Shown here piece after piece: positions 37,930-47,098 of a DNA stretch of 64,000 bases. The translations under genes were made by a program, and so were the position numbers. The notes beneath the pieces were generated by a model. It did not search any database. It had not been told where the DNA came from and saw only the letters and a program-made list of their open reading frames with translations. Every line of letters begins with the position of its first letter. Within the stretch, counting starts at the first letter, position 1. Origin of the DNA: an uncultured Rhodobacteraceae bacterium (GTDB lineage: Bacteria; Pseudomonadota; Alphaproteobacteria; Rhodobacterales; Rhodobacteraceae); assembly GCA_949372595.1 (NCBI GenBank), contig CASIAN010000005.1:21772-85771 (forward strand). Direction: 5' to 3'.

Positions 37930-39012
37930 GTGAAGATTGTACCCCAATCCGGAATTATGGAAATCCAGCCCTATCAGGGTGGTGCGTCGCAGGTAGAGGG
38001 CGTGCAAAATATCGTTAAACTCAGTTCGAATGAAAACCCCTTCGGCCCCAGCGAGGATGCGGTTGAAGCCTTTCGTAGGACGTCGTTTGATTTGCACCGC
38101 TATCCCTCAACCGATCACGCAACCCTGCGCGAGGCGATTTCTGAAGTGCATGGATTGGATGCCGGACGGATCGTCTGCGGTGTTGGAAGTGATGAGATCA
38201 TTTCGCTGTTATGTCAGGGATATGCAGGCCCTGGCGATGAGGTCATCCATACCGAACACGGCTTTTCGATGTATCGTATTTCGGCGCTTGCAGCCGGAGC
38301 TTCCCCTATAGAAGTTGCTGAGCGCGAACGCATGACCGACGTCAATGCAATTTTGGCTGCCTGCACAGAGAACACGCGCATGGTATTCATTGCCAATCCA
38401 AACAACCCCACCGGCACGATGATCGGTGACGGCGAGGTTGCGCGGTTGGCCGAAAAACTGCCAGAGCATGTTTTATTGGTTCTTGATGGGGCCTATGCCG
38501 AATACATTGAGGGATATGATGGTGGTGCGGCGCTGGTTGACCGACGTGAAAATGTAGTGATGACACGGACTTTTTCAAAGCTGTACGGCTTGGGCGGTTT
38601 GCGCGTTGGATGGGGCTATGGACCGGCACATGTTGTCGATGTTCTCAACCGTATTCGGGGGCCTTTTAATCTGTCTCAACCGGCACTTGCTGCGGCTCAA
38701 GCGGCGGTCCGAGACGAGGAATATGCCACCAAATGCCGATTGGAAAACACCCGGCTCCGAGGCTGGCTCGCCGAGGCTTTGGCCGAGCACGGGGTGTCAT
38801 CAGATACCTCTATGGGTAACTTTGTTCTTGCGCGGTTTGCATCGCAGGCCGAGGCGCAAAGCTGTGATGTTTATTTACAGTCACAGGGGCTGATTGTGCG
38901 ATCAGTTGTGGGTTATAGACTTCCCAATTATTTGCGTATTACCGTAGGTGATGAAAGCGCTTGCCGCCGGGTTGCGCATGCTGTGGGGCAATTCAAGGCC
39001 GGTGCTACATGA
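37930..39012 (+). CDS. hisC: Histidinol-phosphate aminotransferase
   Basis: …[14 protein letters not shown]…NPNNPTG…[19 protein letters not shown]…. GTG 37930 has GGAG 9 nt upstream; TTG 37915 is the track alternative. Confidence 0.88.
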   Translation: MKIVPQSGIMEIQPYQGGASQVEGVQNIVKLSSNENPFGPSEDAVEAFRRTSFDLHRYPSTDHATLREAISEVHGLDAGRIVCGVGSDEIISLLCQGYAGPGDEVIHTEHGFSMYRISALAAGASPIEVAERERMTDVNAILAACTENTRMVFIANPNNPTGTMIGDGEVARLAEKLPEHVLLVLDGAYAEYIEGYDGGAALVDRRENVVMTRTFSKLYGLGGLRVGWGYGPAHVVDVLNRIRGPFNLSQPALAAAQAAVRDEEYATKCRLENTRLRGWLAEALAEHGVSSDTSMGNFVLARFASQAEAQSCDVYLQSQGLIVRSVVGYRLPNYLRITVGDESACRRVAHAVGQFKAGAT

Positions 39013-39920
39013 GCCAGACGTATCAGCGGATTGCGCTGATCGGGCTTGGCCTGATCGCGTCTTCTATTTTTTGGTCGATGAAACGGGCGGGTCACACTAG
39101 CCATGTTACGGGCTATGCGCGCAGTTCTGCAACCCGTGATACAGCGCGGCGTACCGGGCTGTGTGATGAGGTTTTCGACACGGCACAAGAGGCGGTGCGC
39201 GATGCTGATCTGGTGATATTGTGCGTTCCGGTTGGTGTGATGGGGGCAGTTGCGGCGTTGATTGCGCCGGCGTTAAAGCCGGGTGCGACTGTCAGTGATG
39301 TCGGGTCGGTAAAACGGGCGGTAATAGATGCGGTGGCACCCTGTTTGCCCGACAATGTTCATTTTGTGCCGGCGCATCCTCTAGCCGGCACCGAACATTC
39401 GGGCCCTGAATCGGGTTTTGCCGGCTTGTTTGACAATCGCTGGTGCTTGCTGGTGCCTGAGGTGGGTACAGATGCGGGCGCGGTGGCAAAGCTGGATCAC
39501 TTCTGGCAATCGCTTGGTGCCAAAGTTGAACAAATGGACCCTGACCATCATGATCTTGTGCTGGCGGTGACCTCGCATGCGCCGCATTTGATTGCCTATA
39601 CGATGGTGGGCGTTGCAGATGACCTGAGCCGCGTCACCGACAGCGAGGTGATCAATTACTCGGCGGCGGGATTTCGCGATTTCACCCGTATTGCGGCCTC
39701 GGACCCGACCATGTGGCGCGATGTCTTTTTAACCAACAAGGATGCGACGCTCGAAATACTTGGGCGTTTCACCGAAGAGTTATTTGCGCTGCAGCGGGCA
39801 ATCCGGACCGGTGACGGGGATCAATTGCACGCCTATTTTACCCGCACGCGTGAAATAAGGCGCGGTATTGTCGAGGCTGGACAGGATACGGATGCGCCCG
39901 ATTTTGGCCGTGGCGGGTGA
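39009..39920 (+). CDS. tyrC: Prephenate/arogenate dehydrogenase
   Basis: Rossmann fold in [12 protein letters not shown], then …DVGSVK…[16 protein letters not shown]…. ATGA overlap with the hisC stop. Confidence 0.85.
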   Translation: MSQTYQRIALIGLGLIASSIFWSMKRAGHTSHVTGYARSSATRDTARRTGLCDEVFDTAQEAVRDADLVILCVPVGVMGAVAALIAPALKPGATVSDVGSVKRAVIDAVAPCLPDNVHFVPAHPLAGTEHSGPESGFAGLFDNRWCLLVPEVGTDAGAVAKLDHFWQSLGAKVEQMDPDHHDLVLAVTSHAPHLIAYTMVGVADDLSRVTDSEVINYSAAGFRDFTRIAASDPTMWRDVFLTNKDATLEILGRFTEELFALQRAIRTGDGDQLHAYFTRTREIRRGIVEAGQDTDAPDFGRGG

Positions 39921-39929
39921 CTAGATGTT

Positions 39930-40427
39930 GTGACCGATTTCCGCCTGCCTAAAACCGCCCAAAGCCCCGCAGACTTTTTAACGCTGGACGCGATGCTTTC
40001 GATGTCCGGGCTGGAGTATATGACCGGTATTTTAGAGGGTCGAACCCCGGCTGCTCCGATCAGCCGTCTGATGGGGTTTGCCCTGAACCAAGTGGCGTCG
40101 GGCCGGATTGTGTTTCGCGGTGCGCCAGAGTTTGACACGCTCAACCCGCTGGGCACGGTGCATGGTGGTTGGTACGGGACAATTTTAGACAGTGCGATGG
40201 CCTGTGCGGTGATGACCAAACTGCCCAAGGGGTCGGTCTATACGACGTTGGAATACAAGGTGAACCTTATTCGGGCTGTGCCTTTGGGGACTTTGGTGGA
40301 TTGTATTGGCGAGACCGATCATGTCGGCCGCTCCACCGGGGTGGCAACCGGGCGGCTTGTCGGGGTCGAGACTGGCACACTCTATGCCACAGGATCGACC
40401 ACCTGTTTGGTGATGCCTATGACCTGA
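39930..40427 (+). CDS. PaaI-family (hotdog-fold) thioesterase
   Basis: 165 aa with …NPLGTVHGGWYGTILDSAMACAV… typical of PaaI/4HBT-type hotdog proteins. GTG start. Confidence 0.7.
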   Translation: MTDFRLPKTAQSPADFLTLDAMLSMSGLEYMTGILEGRTPAAPISRLMGFALNQVASGRIVFRGAPEFDTLNPLGTVHGGWYGTILDSAMACAVMTKLPKGSVYTTLEYKVNLIRAVPLGTLVDCIGETDHVGRSTGVATGRLVGVETGTLYATGSTTCLVMPMT

Positions 40428-40476
40428 GCGGCCGGTAAGGGCGATCCGCTTATTATGAGACTTTAAAGGTCGCGTG

Positions 40477-41244
40477 TTATGTTGGTGATGGCAGCCAACT
40501 CAGACCGTCTTCGGTCTTGCCTCGGGGGTGGTATTCGCACCCCAGCCAACCGTCATAGCCTAAGTGGTCAAGATGCGCGAACACCGCTTGATAATTCAGC
40601 TCGCCCCGGTCGGGTTCTTGGCGCTCTGGTACGCTGGCAATCTGGATATGGCCGATCTGGGCAAAATGTTTGGATAGGGATTTAATCACGTCGCCACGGG
40701 TGATCTGGTGATGATAGACATCGAACTGCAGCCGCACTGCGGGGTGATCGATCCGCGCCATCAGCGCCAGCGCTTGATCGGTTGTCGATAGAAAATACCC
40801 TGGCATATCGCGGGGATTGATCGGTTCGATCAGTAACTCCAAACCTGCGCCGGCAAACTGGTCTGCCGCAAAGTGAATGTTGTCGATATAGGTTGCCTCA
40901 GCGCGGGCGTCCGGGGTCGCAAGGCCCGCCATAACGTGAAGGCGTTTTGCGCCGGTGGCTTTGGCGTAGGGCAGCGCTTGGGCAATGCTGGCGCGAAACG
41001 CCTCTTTACGGTCAGACAGCGCGGCTGTGCCCCGATCGCCACCCTCCCAATCTCCGGGGGGCAGGTTGAAAACCGAAATCTGTAGATCGTTTTTCTGAAC
41101 TGCAAAGCCAATTTCATCGGCGCTATGGGCATAGGGAAACAGAAATTCCACCGCGTCAAACCCAGATTTCTTTGCCGCTTCGAACCGCGCAAGAAAAGGG
41201 TATTCGGTAAACATCATTGATAGATTGGCAGAAAATTTAGGCAT
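40477..41244 (-). CDS. otnI: 2-oxo-tetronate isomerase / hydroxypyruvate-isomerase family TIM-barrel protein
   Basis: MPKFSANLSMMFTEYPFLARFEAAKKSGFDAVEF… is Hyi-family. The OtnI name rests on context with the kinase and decarboxylase genes. Confidence 0.75.
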   Translation of the reverse strand: MPKFSANLSMMFTEYPFLARFEAAKKSGFDAVEFLFPYAHSADEIGFAVQKNDLQISVFNLPPGDWEGGDRGTAALSDRKEAFRASIAQALPYAKATGAKRLHVMAGLATPDARAEATYIDNIHFAADQFAGAGLELLIEPINPRDMPGYFLSTTDQALALMARIDHPAVRLQFDVYHHQITRGDVIKSLSKHFAQIGHIQIASVPERQEPDRGELNYQAVFAHLDHLGYDGWLGCEYHPRGKTEDGLSWLPSPT

Positions 41245-41250
41245 AGGTGC

Positions 41251-41889
41251 TCACCATGGGGGAAAGGTTGCGTCCAGATCATCAATCTGGGCTTGGGTCA
41301 GGGTCGTGGGGTTCTTTTGGTCCAACATCAACGCCAACTTGGCGGTTTGCTCCAGCTCTTCTGTGGCATGCATCGCAGCCGTAAGGGTTTTGCCAGCCAC
41401 CACCGGCCCGTGATGGGCCAAAATCATCGACCAGTGTTTGCAGGCCTTGTGTTCCACGGCAGCGGCCAGAGCGGCATCACCGGGCTTGAAATAGGGCACC
41501 ATCGCCACACAACCGCATTGCATATGCGCATATGCGGTCAGCTTTGGCAGCGCGTCATCGGGGTTGGTCACTGGCAAACAGGACAGCGCCACACTGTGGG
41601 TCGCATGCAAGTGGATCACCGCCCCTGCCTGTTGCCGGGCGCGGTAGACTGATTGATGCAGAAACGTTTCTTTTGTTGGTTTGTCCCCGGACAACAGCTG
41701 GCCCTCAAAATCCAGTTTTGACAGGCGGGCGGGATCAAGCGTGCCAAACGATGACCCCGTTGGTGTCACCAATAGCCCATCGTCCAGCGGCACCGAGATA
41801 TTGCCGGTCGAGCCGTGGGTATAGCCGCGCTCAAACAGCGAGGCGGCGACGGTGACGATGGCTTCGCGCAGTTGGGATTCGGCGCTCAT
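41251..41889 (-). CDS. otnC: 3-oxo-tetronate 4-phosphate decarboxylase (class II aldolase/adducin family)
   Basis: …GSTGNISV…VTPTGSSF…VIHLHATHSVALSC… 212 aa. 4-nt overlap with the kinase gene. Confidence 0.75.
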   Translation of the reverse strand: MSAESQLREAIVTVAASLFERGYTHGSTGNISVPLDDGLLVTPTGSSFGTLDPARLSKLDFEGQLLSGDKPTKETFLHQSVYRARQQAGAVIHLHATHSVALSCLPVTNPDDALPKLTAYAHMQCGCVAMVPYFKPGDAALAAAVEHKACKHWSMILAHHGPVVAGKTLTAAMHATEELEQTAKLALMLDQKNPTTLTQAQIDDLDATFPPW

Positions 41890-43175
41890 GCTGGGATCTC
41901 CATTTCAAGGGCCTTGCTGAAAAAATTTGTCGCGCCAAAATTGCCCGACTTTAAAGCCATTGGCAAAATGGTGTTGCCATCGGTGTCAAGGGCCAGTGTC
42001 CAGGGCACGCCGGGGTCTATTTCCGGGCCGATCTGCAGCGCCGCCACGCCAAGCGCCGAGACCACCGCGCCAGATGTTTCGCCACCGGCGACAACCAGCC
42101 GGTTGGTTTGCGGCAGCGGCACTGCCTGCCGCGCAATTTCGGCAAAAGCCGCCTCGACCAGCGCACCGGCCTGTTCTCTGCCCAATTCCTCTTGCACGGC
42201 CTGCACGCTTTGCGGCGCAGCAGAGGCATAGACCAGCACAGGCGCGATTTTGAGACTGTCACTAATCTTGGTCACGAGGGTATTCACATGATCGTCTGAG
42301 CGGCTACAGGCCAGCGGGTCAAGGTGGATGCACTGTCCACCTTGACCGCGAAAGGTCTCGATCTGCACCAGTGTTGCCCTTGAGCAGCTGCCGGCAAGGA
42401 TCAGGGCGTGGCCGTCACCAGCCCCCCGTTGCGATACCGGCGTCTGTGCTGGTCGGCCGGCCATATGACACTGTGCCAACGGCGTTGCCAGCCCCGAACC
42501 ACCGGCCACCAGAGGCGCGTGTTGCAACACATCCGCCCAGATCGCCAGATCGCTGTCGCGGGTTGTATCGCCGATAACATGTCCGCCGCCGGTCTCGCCA
42601 AGATCCGTCAACGCAACTTGCACGGCCTCGACGCCCTTTTGCAACAGGTCGGTGCCGATCAGCGCCACGCGCCGTGTGGTTTGTTGCCCCAGCCAGCGCA
42701 CCAAGTTGGCGTCTGTCATTGGGGTCAGCGGATGGTTTTCCATACCAGATTGGTTCAACAGATCTGCACCCACAAACAGATGCCCTTGATAAACGCTACG
42801 ACCATTGACCGGCAGCGCTGGAATATGGGTGACTGTGTTCGTACCGATGGCGACGCATAGCGCATCGCTCACCGGGCCGATGTTGCCTTTGGGGGTGGAA
42901 TCGAACGTAGAGCAGTATTTGAAATAGATCTGTTTCGCCCCGAGCGCTTGCAGACGTGCCAACGCCTCAAGTGATTGCGCAACCGCCGCATCGAGGGCAA
43001 TGGAACGGGATTTTAGAGCGATGACCACAGCATCGGCGTGCAGTGATTTTGCAAGATTTTGCGATGGGATGCCGATGGTTTGGATGGTGCGCATCCCGCC
43101 GCGTACCAGCATTGATGCGATGTCTGTCGCGCCGGTATAATCATCTGCAATCACGCCTAAAAACGGCTTTTCCAT
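41886..43175 (-). CDS. otnK: 3-oxo-tetronate kinase (four-carbon acid-sugar kinase, DUF1537 family)
   Basis: MEKPFLGVIADDYTGATDIASML… is the canonical family N-terminus. I chose the ATG at 43175. Confidence 0.75.
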   Translation of the reverse strand: MEKPFLGVIADDYTGATDIASMLVRGGMRTIQTIGIPSQNLAKSLHADAVVIALKSRSIALDAAVAQSLEALARLQALGAKQIYFKYCSTFDSTPKGNIGPVSDALCVAIGTNTVTHIPALPVNGRSVYQGHLFVGADLLNQSGMENHPLTPMTDANLVRWLGQQTTRRVALIGTDLLQKGVEAVQVALTDLGETGGGHVIGDTTRDSDLAIWADVLQHAPLVAGGSGLATPLAQCHMAGRPAQTPVSQRGAGDGHALILAGSCSRATLVQIETFRGQGGQCIHLDPLACSRSDDHVNTLVTKISDSLKIAPVLVYASAAPQSVQAVQEELGREQAGALVEAAFAEIARQAVPLPQTNRLVVAGGETSGAVVSALGVAALQIGPEIDPGVPWTLALDTDGNTILPMALKSGNFGATNFFSKALEMEIPA

Positions 43176-43291
43176 CCGATAGAATTCCTTTTTAACGCTC
43201 TGCGCGGTGCAGCAATACACGACTTAGACTTCGATGCAAACGGATGTCTGGCTGTCTTTGTGCTGTGGGTGATTGCTCTGGATTTTGGCGA

Positions 43292-44260
43292 TTAAAAATG
43301 GGCCAGCGTCGCACCGGCCTCATCATCGGTGCCACGCACACGGTAAAGACTGGCCTCGCCAGTCATCGTAGGCTTCAAGGCGCGCGACATACCGGGGGGT
43401 AGCAGGCAGGTGTCGCCGGGGTTCAGCACCCGGCTGCCGCCGTCCCAATCGATTTGCCAGTGACCGCGCATTGGCATCAAAACCTCGTGTTTATCACAGG
43501 AATAGGCACCTTCGGGCAGCGAGCCTCTCGACAGAAAATCCACGCTAAATCCGGGCCGGTCGCGCAGCGCAGCATCGGGGCCAATTACCTTGGCGGGCTG
43601 GCGGTCGGACAATGCCATCAGATCCCAGTAGCGGGCGACATAATGCGGCACGACTTGAGCGGAGGTGGGTTCTGGAATGGACTGTAATTCAGTGTTGGTA
43701 AGTGTTGGCATCGCGGTGATGCCGGCAGGTAAACTCTGGCCTTTTTTGGTGTCATATAACGTACCGTTTTCTCCCAGCACCAGCCCGTGATCCTGTGCGT
43801 CCTGGATGACTTGCGGTGCCCAGACCACGCCGCCGCCGGCATCGTCGCCGCCGAGAAAGGCCATGATCATGCCATAATCTGTCCCAATATTTTCAAAGCC
43901 GCGGAAGATACCGGTTGGAATGTTGATTATATCGCCCTCTTCCAACGTCACCTCGCCTGCGTCACCCCAGCGCCCCCAGAAAAATCTCCATTTGCCTTTG
44001 AGCACAAAAAACACTTCGGCTGTGCTGTGCATATGAAGTGAATTTCTGCAATAGGGTGGTTGGCCTGCCGCACCGATGTTAAACCCCGGTGTGTCGCGGA
44101 TATGGACATGTTGGTCGGGACTTTCTGAGACGCCACCACCGACAATGGTGAAATTTTCCTTTTGGTCTGATCCGGGGGTATGGGCGTCAATAAAGGCGCT
44201 TTTACAAGGGATAAGTTCGCCATACCTAACTATGTTATGGTCCATTTCACTGGGATTCAT
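43292..44260 (-). CDS. Bicupin protein of unknown function
   Basis: Two cupin barrels (…HMHSTAEVFFVLKGKW…GDIINIPTGIFRGFEN… and …HEVLMPMRGHWQIDW…PGDTCLLPPG…). The ATG at 44260 is preceded by GGAGGGG. Confidence 0.7.
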   Translation of the reverse strand: MNPSEMDHNIVRYGELIPCKSAFIDAHTPGSDQKENFTIVGGGVSESPDQHVHIRDTPGFNIGAAGQPPYCRNSLHMHSTAEVFFVLKGKWRFFWGRWGDAGEVTLEEGDIINIPTGIFRGFENIGTDYGMIMAFLGGDDAGGGVVWAPQVIQDAQDHGLVLGENGTLYDTKKGQSLPAGITAMPTLTNTELQSIPEPTSAQVVPHYVARYWDLMALSDRQPAKVIGPDAALRDRPGFSVDFLSRGSLPEGAYSCDKHEVLMPMRGHWQIDWDGGSRVLNPGDTCLLPPGMSRALKPTMTGEASLYRVRGTDDEAGATLAHF

Positions 44261-44376
44261 TATGCCCCTCCATTGGTTTTTGGTCACAGATACGCCGCCT
44301 GTTGCGCATGAAGCGCGGCCTCATATTGGTGTAACATTGCGCGTACTTATCAAAGGTTTGCTGATTTTGTATACGC

Positions 44377-44395
44377 ATGCAAAAAATTATTGCAT
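44377..44395. promoter_or_regulatory. Candidate operator ATGCAA-N7-TTGCAT upstream of the bicupin-otn operon
   Basis: Perfect inverted hexamers read directly from the sequence. A third ATGCAA lies at 44430-44435 and a GTATAC palindrome lies just 5'. The region is an AT-rich promoter. Confidence 0.3.
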
Positions 44396-44526
44396 ATAAA
44401 CTTTCTAGTGAAAACAGCTTTTATTCAAAATGCAAAATTCTCGGGAGCTCGCAGGGTATCAATCAAGAAATATTAGTCGCGATGCCGGTTCTGCGCTTGG
44501 GGCTAGCTGTCGTGATTTGGTGTGAT

Positions 44527-45078
44527 TTACTCAGTTTCAATCAAAGCGGTTATGATGGCTTTTGCACTGTTGCTTGACCAATCGGCATCCCCGCGCAGCC
44601 GAGCAATCTCTTCGCCTTCGCGGTTCAGGATGACCGTGATTGGCAACCCCAAGATTCCCATTTTTCGCGCTAATTGTTGTTTTATATCGCGGTGGCGTGG
44701 TAGATTGTCGATGCCGGCTTTGTCAAAAAATCGTTTCAGTGCACCGGGGGCGTTGCGTCCGGTGGCAAGGGTGAGCACTTCGAAATCATCCCCGCCGAGA
44801 TCGGTTTGTAATTCGGATAGCATTGGCATTTCAACGCGGCAGGGTGCGCACCAAGTTGCCCAGAAATTTAGCAAAACTATTTTGCCCCGAAAGTCGGACA
44901 GTTGTTTTTGGTCACCATCTGAGGTGGCAAAATAAACTTCAGGCACAGCTTTGGCGGCGGTATGAAAGGTCAGTTTTTTCATCGAACCACTGCGCAGAGC
45001 TTCGATTGTTGTGATATCGGCCGCTGCAGCGTTTGCACCGATCAACAAGGCTGTATAAAGACAGATGAGCAGACGCAT
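44527..45078 (-). CDS. tlpA: TlpA-family thiol:disulfide oxidoreductase (periplasmic thioredoxin)
   Basis: Signal peptide [21 protein letters not shown] and the active site WATWCAPC. The ATG at 45078 is preceded by GGAGGA. Confidence 0.8.
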   Translation of the reverse strand: MRLLICLYTALLIGANAAAADITTIEALRSGSMKKLTFHTAAKAVPEVYFATSDGDQKQLSDFRGKIVLLNFWATWCAPCRVEMPMLSELQTDLGGDDFEVLTLATGRNAPGALKRFFDKAGIDNLPRHRDIKQQLARKMGILGLPITVILNREGEEIARLRGDADWSSNSAKAIITALIETE

Positions 45079-45097
45079 ATTTCCTCCGGGTGGCATA

Positions 45098-46489
45098 ATG
45101 ACAGACACGACCTCGAACCAGATGTGGGGCGGCCGCTTTTCGGCCGGTCCAGACGCGATCATGGAAGCAATTAATGCCTCAATCGGTTTTGACAAGCGTC
45201 TGGCGGCGCAAGATATAGCCGGATCACGAGCCCATGCCGCAATGTTAGCGGCTCAAGATATCGTCACTGATAGCGACGCGCGTGCTATTCTGGAAGGCCT
45301 TGAGCAGGTTTTGGCCGAAATAAACGACGGTTCGTTCACCTTTTCGACGCGTCTGGAAGATATTCACATGAATATTGAGGCCCGGCTGAAAGATATGATC
45401 GGCGAACCCGCAGGCAGGTTGCACACGGCCCGATCGCGCAACGATCAGGTGGCGACAGATTTTAAACTATGGGTGCGCGATCAGTTTGATGCTTTTGAAA
45501 GCGGCCTGATTGCTTTGATCAAAGCGTTGTTGGCACAGGCCTTGGCCGGATTTGATTGGGTGATGCCGGGCTTTACCCATCTGCAAACCGCGCAACCCGT
45601 GACATGGGGTCATCACCTGATGGCCTATGTTGAAATGCTCGGGCGCGATTTAAGCCGGGTGCGTGATGCGCGCAAACGGATGAACGAATGCCCGCTGGGT
45701 GCAGCAGCGTTGGCCGGCACATCTTTTCCAATTGATCGCCATATGACAGCCGCAGCTCTGGGGTTTGACCAACCGGCAGCCAATTCTCTTGACGCAGTCA
45801 GCGATCGAGATTTTGCACTTGATTTTTTATCCTGCGCCTCAATCTGCGCTATGCACTTAAGCCGATTTGCCGAAGAACTGGTGATCTGGTCTTCGGCGCA
45901 GTTCCGATTTGTGCGGATGTCAGATCAGTGGTCGACCGGCTCGTCGATCATGCCGCAAAAGCGCAACCCCGACGCGGCTGAATTGGTGCGCGCCAAGATT
46001 GGCCGGATTTTTGGTGCAAATGTGGCCCTTATGACGATCATGAAAGGCCTGCCGCTGGCCTATTCCAAAGACATGCAGGAAGACAAAGAACAGGTTTTTG
46101 ACGCTGCAGACAACCTGATGCTGGCACTGGCGGCGATGGTTGGCATGGTCGGCGACATGACTGCGGATCGCACGGCATTGCACGGGGCGGCAAATTCGGG
46201 GTTTGCCACTGCCACCGATCTGGCCGACTGGTTGGTACGGGCGTTGGGGCTGCCGTTTCGTGAGGCCCATCACGTCACGGGCGCGCTGGTGGCAATGGCC
46301 GAGGGGCAGGGCTGTGATTTGCAGGATTTGACCCTCGAGCAGATGCAAACGGCACATGGCGAGATCACGGCCGCGGTGTTTGACGTGCTTGGCGTGGAAC
46401 AATCGGTGGCGTCGCGGACATCTTATGGCGGCACTGCGCCGGCACAGGTGCTGGTGCAAATCAGGCGCTGGGAGGCGATTTTGAAATGA
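45098..46489 (+). CDS. argH: Argininosuccinate lyase
   Basis: [19 protein letters not shown]…SRNDQV…[12 protein letters not shown]…. Confidence 0.95.
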   Translation: MTDTTSNQMWGGRFSAGPDAIMEAINASIGFDKRLAAQDIAGSRAHAAMLAAQDIVTDSDARAILEGLEQVLAEINDGSFTFSTRLEDIHMNIEARLKDMIGEPAGRLHTARSRNDQVATDFKLWVRDQFDAFESGLIALIKALLAQALAGFDWVMPGFTHLQTAQPVTWGHHLMAYVEMLGRDLSRVRDARKRMNECPLGAAALAGTSFPIDRHMTAAALGFDQPAANSLDAVSDRDFALDFLSCASICAMHLSRFAEELVIWSSAQFRFVRMSDQWSTGSSIMPQKRNPDAAELVRAKIGRIFGANVALMTIMKGLPLAYSKDMQEDKEQVFDAADNLMLALAAMVGMVGDMTADRTALHGAANSGFATATDLADWLVRALGLPFREAHHVTGALVAMAEGQGCDLQDLTLEQMQTAHGEITAAVFDVLGVEQSVASRTSYGGTAPAQVLVQIRRWEAILK

Positions 46490-46584
46490 GATGGATTTTG
46501 GCCGTGTGTTTCACGCTGGGTCTGGCGGGCTGCGGTGCCGATGGAGAGCCGAGCACCCCAATAGCTGCGGCGCAACAACGATGA
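46486..46584 (+). CDS. Micro-lipoprotein, LptM/YifL-like (32 aa; below the ORF-track cutoff)
   Basis: My own translation is [32 protein letters not shown]. It has the lipobox LAGC, its ATG overlaps the argH TGA (ATGA), and it sits immediately upstream of the lysA neighbourhood. Confidence 0.5.
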   Translation: MRWILAVCFTLGLAGCGADGEPSTPIAAAQQR

Positions 46585-46645
46585 GACCGGTGGCGCTTTT
46601 GCACAAGCTGCCTGCCTGTGACCTTTGCAATTTGGGGTTTGAGAT

Positions 46646-47026
46646 ATGACAGGGTTGCAACGGGTCTATCTTGCGTTGGCGCTTTGGGGTGCGGTCCATC
46701 CAATGTATTATTTTGTTCAGTGGTTTGCTGAAAACGGCTTGCAAATGGGCCCGATGTTAGACGCTTGGCATGTCAATGCCGCCAGCAGCGGGCTGGTTTG
46801 GGATCTGACGATTTCAGCGTTTGCTCTGACCGTTTGGGTTGTCGCCGAGGTGATACAGCATCGGCGCTGGCGCGACCTTGTGGCCATTCCCGCCACATTT
46901 TGTATCGGTGTCAGCTGTGGATTGCCGCTGTATCTGTTTTTGCGCAGTCAGCGGCGCGCCTCAGGCACCTTCGACGCCGTGCCATCCGGTCCATTCGAGC
47001 GCTCCAAGTCAGCCGCGCCAGATTGA
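46646..47026 (+). CDS. DUF2834-like small membrane protein
   Basis: 126 aa. MTGLQRVYLALALWGAVHPMYYFVQWFAENGL… fits the family pattern, with 3-4 TM helices. Confidence 0.6.
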   Translation: MTGLQRVYLALALWGAVHPMYYFVQWFAENGLQMGPMLDAWHVNAASSGLVWDLTISAFALTVWVVAEVIQHRRWRDLVAIPATFCIGVSCGLPLYLFLRSQRRASGTFDAVPSGPFERSKSAAPD

Positions 47027-47098
47027 CTGTGTCGGATCAGATGGATTGCGCCGGCTCAGAGGTCTGATATGACAGCGATCTAAGCAAGGGACGAAGTG

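Noticed and set aside
44377-44577. Track ORF 44377..44577(+), 66 aa.
   Set aside because: It starts inside the promoter palindrome, runs antisense into the 3' end of tlpA, and has no RBS or homology. It is better explained as non-coding promoter DNA.
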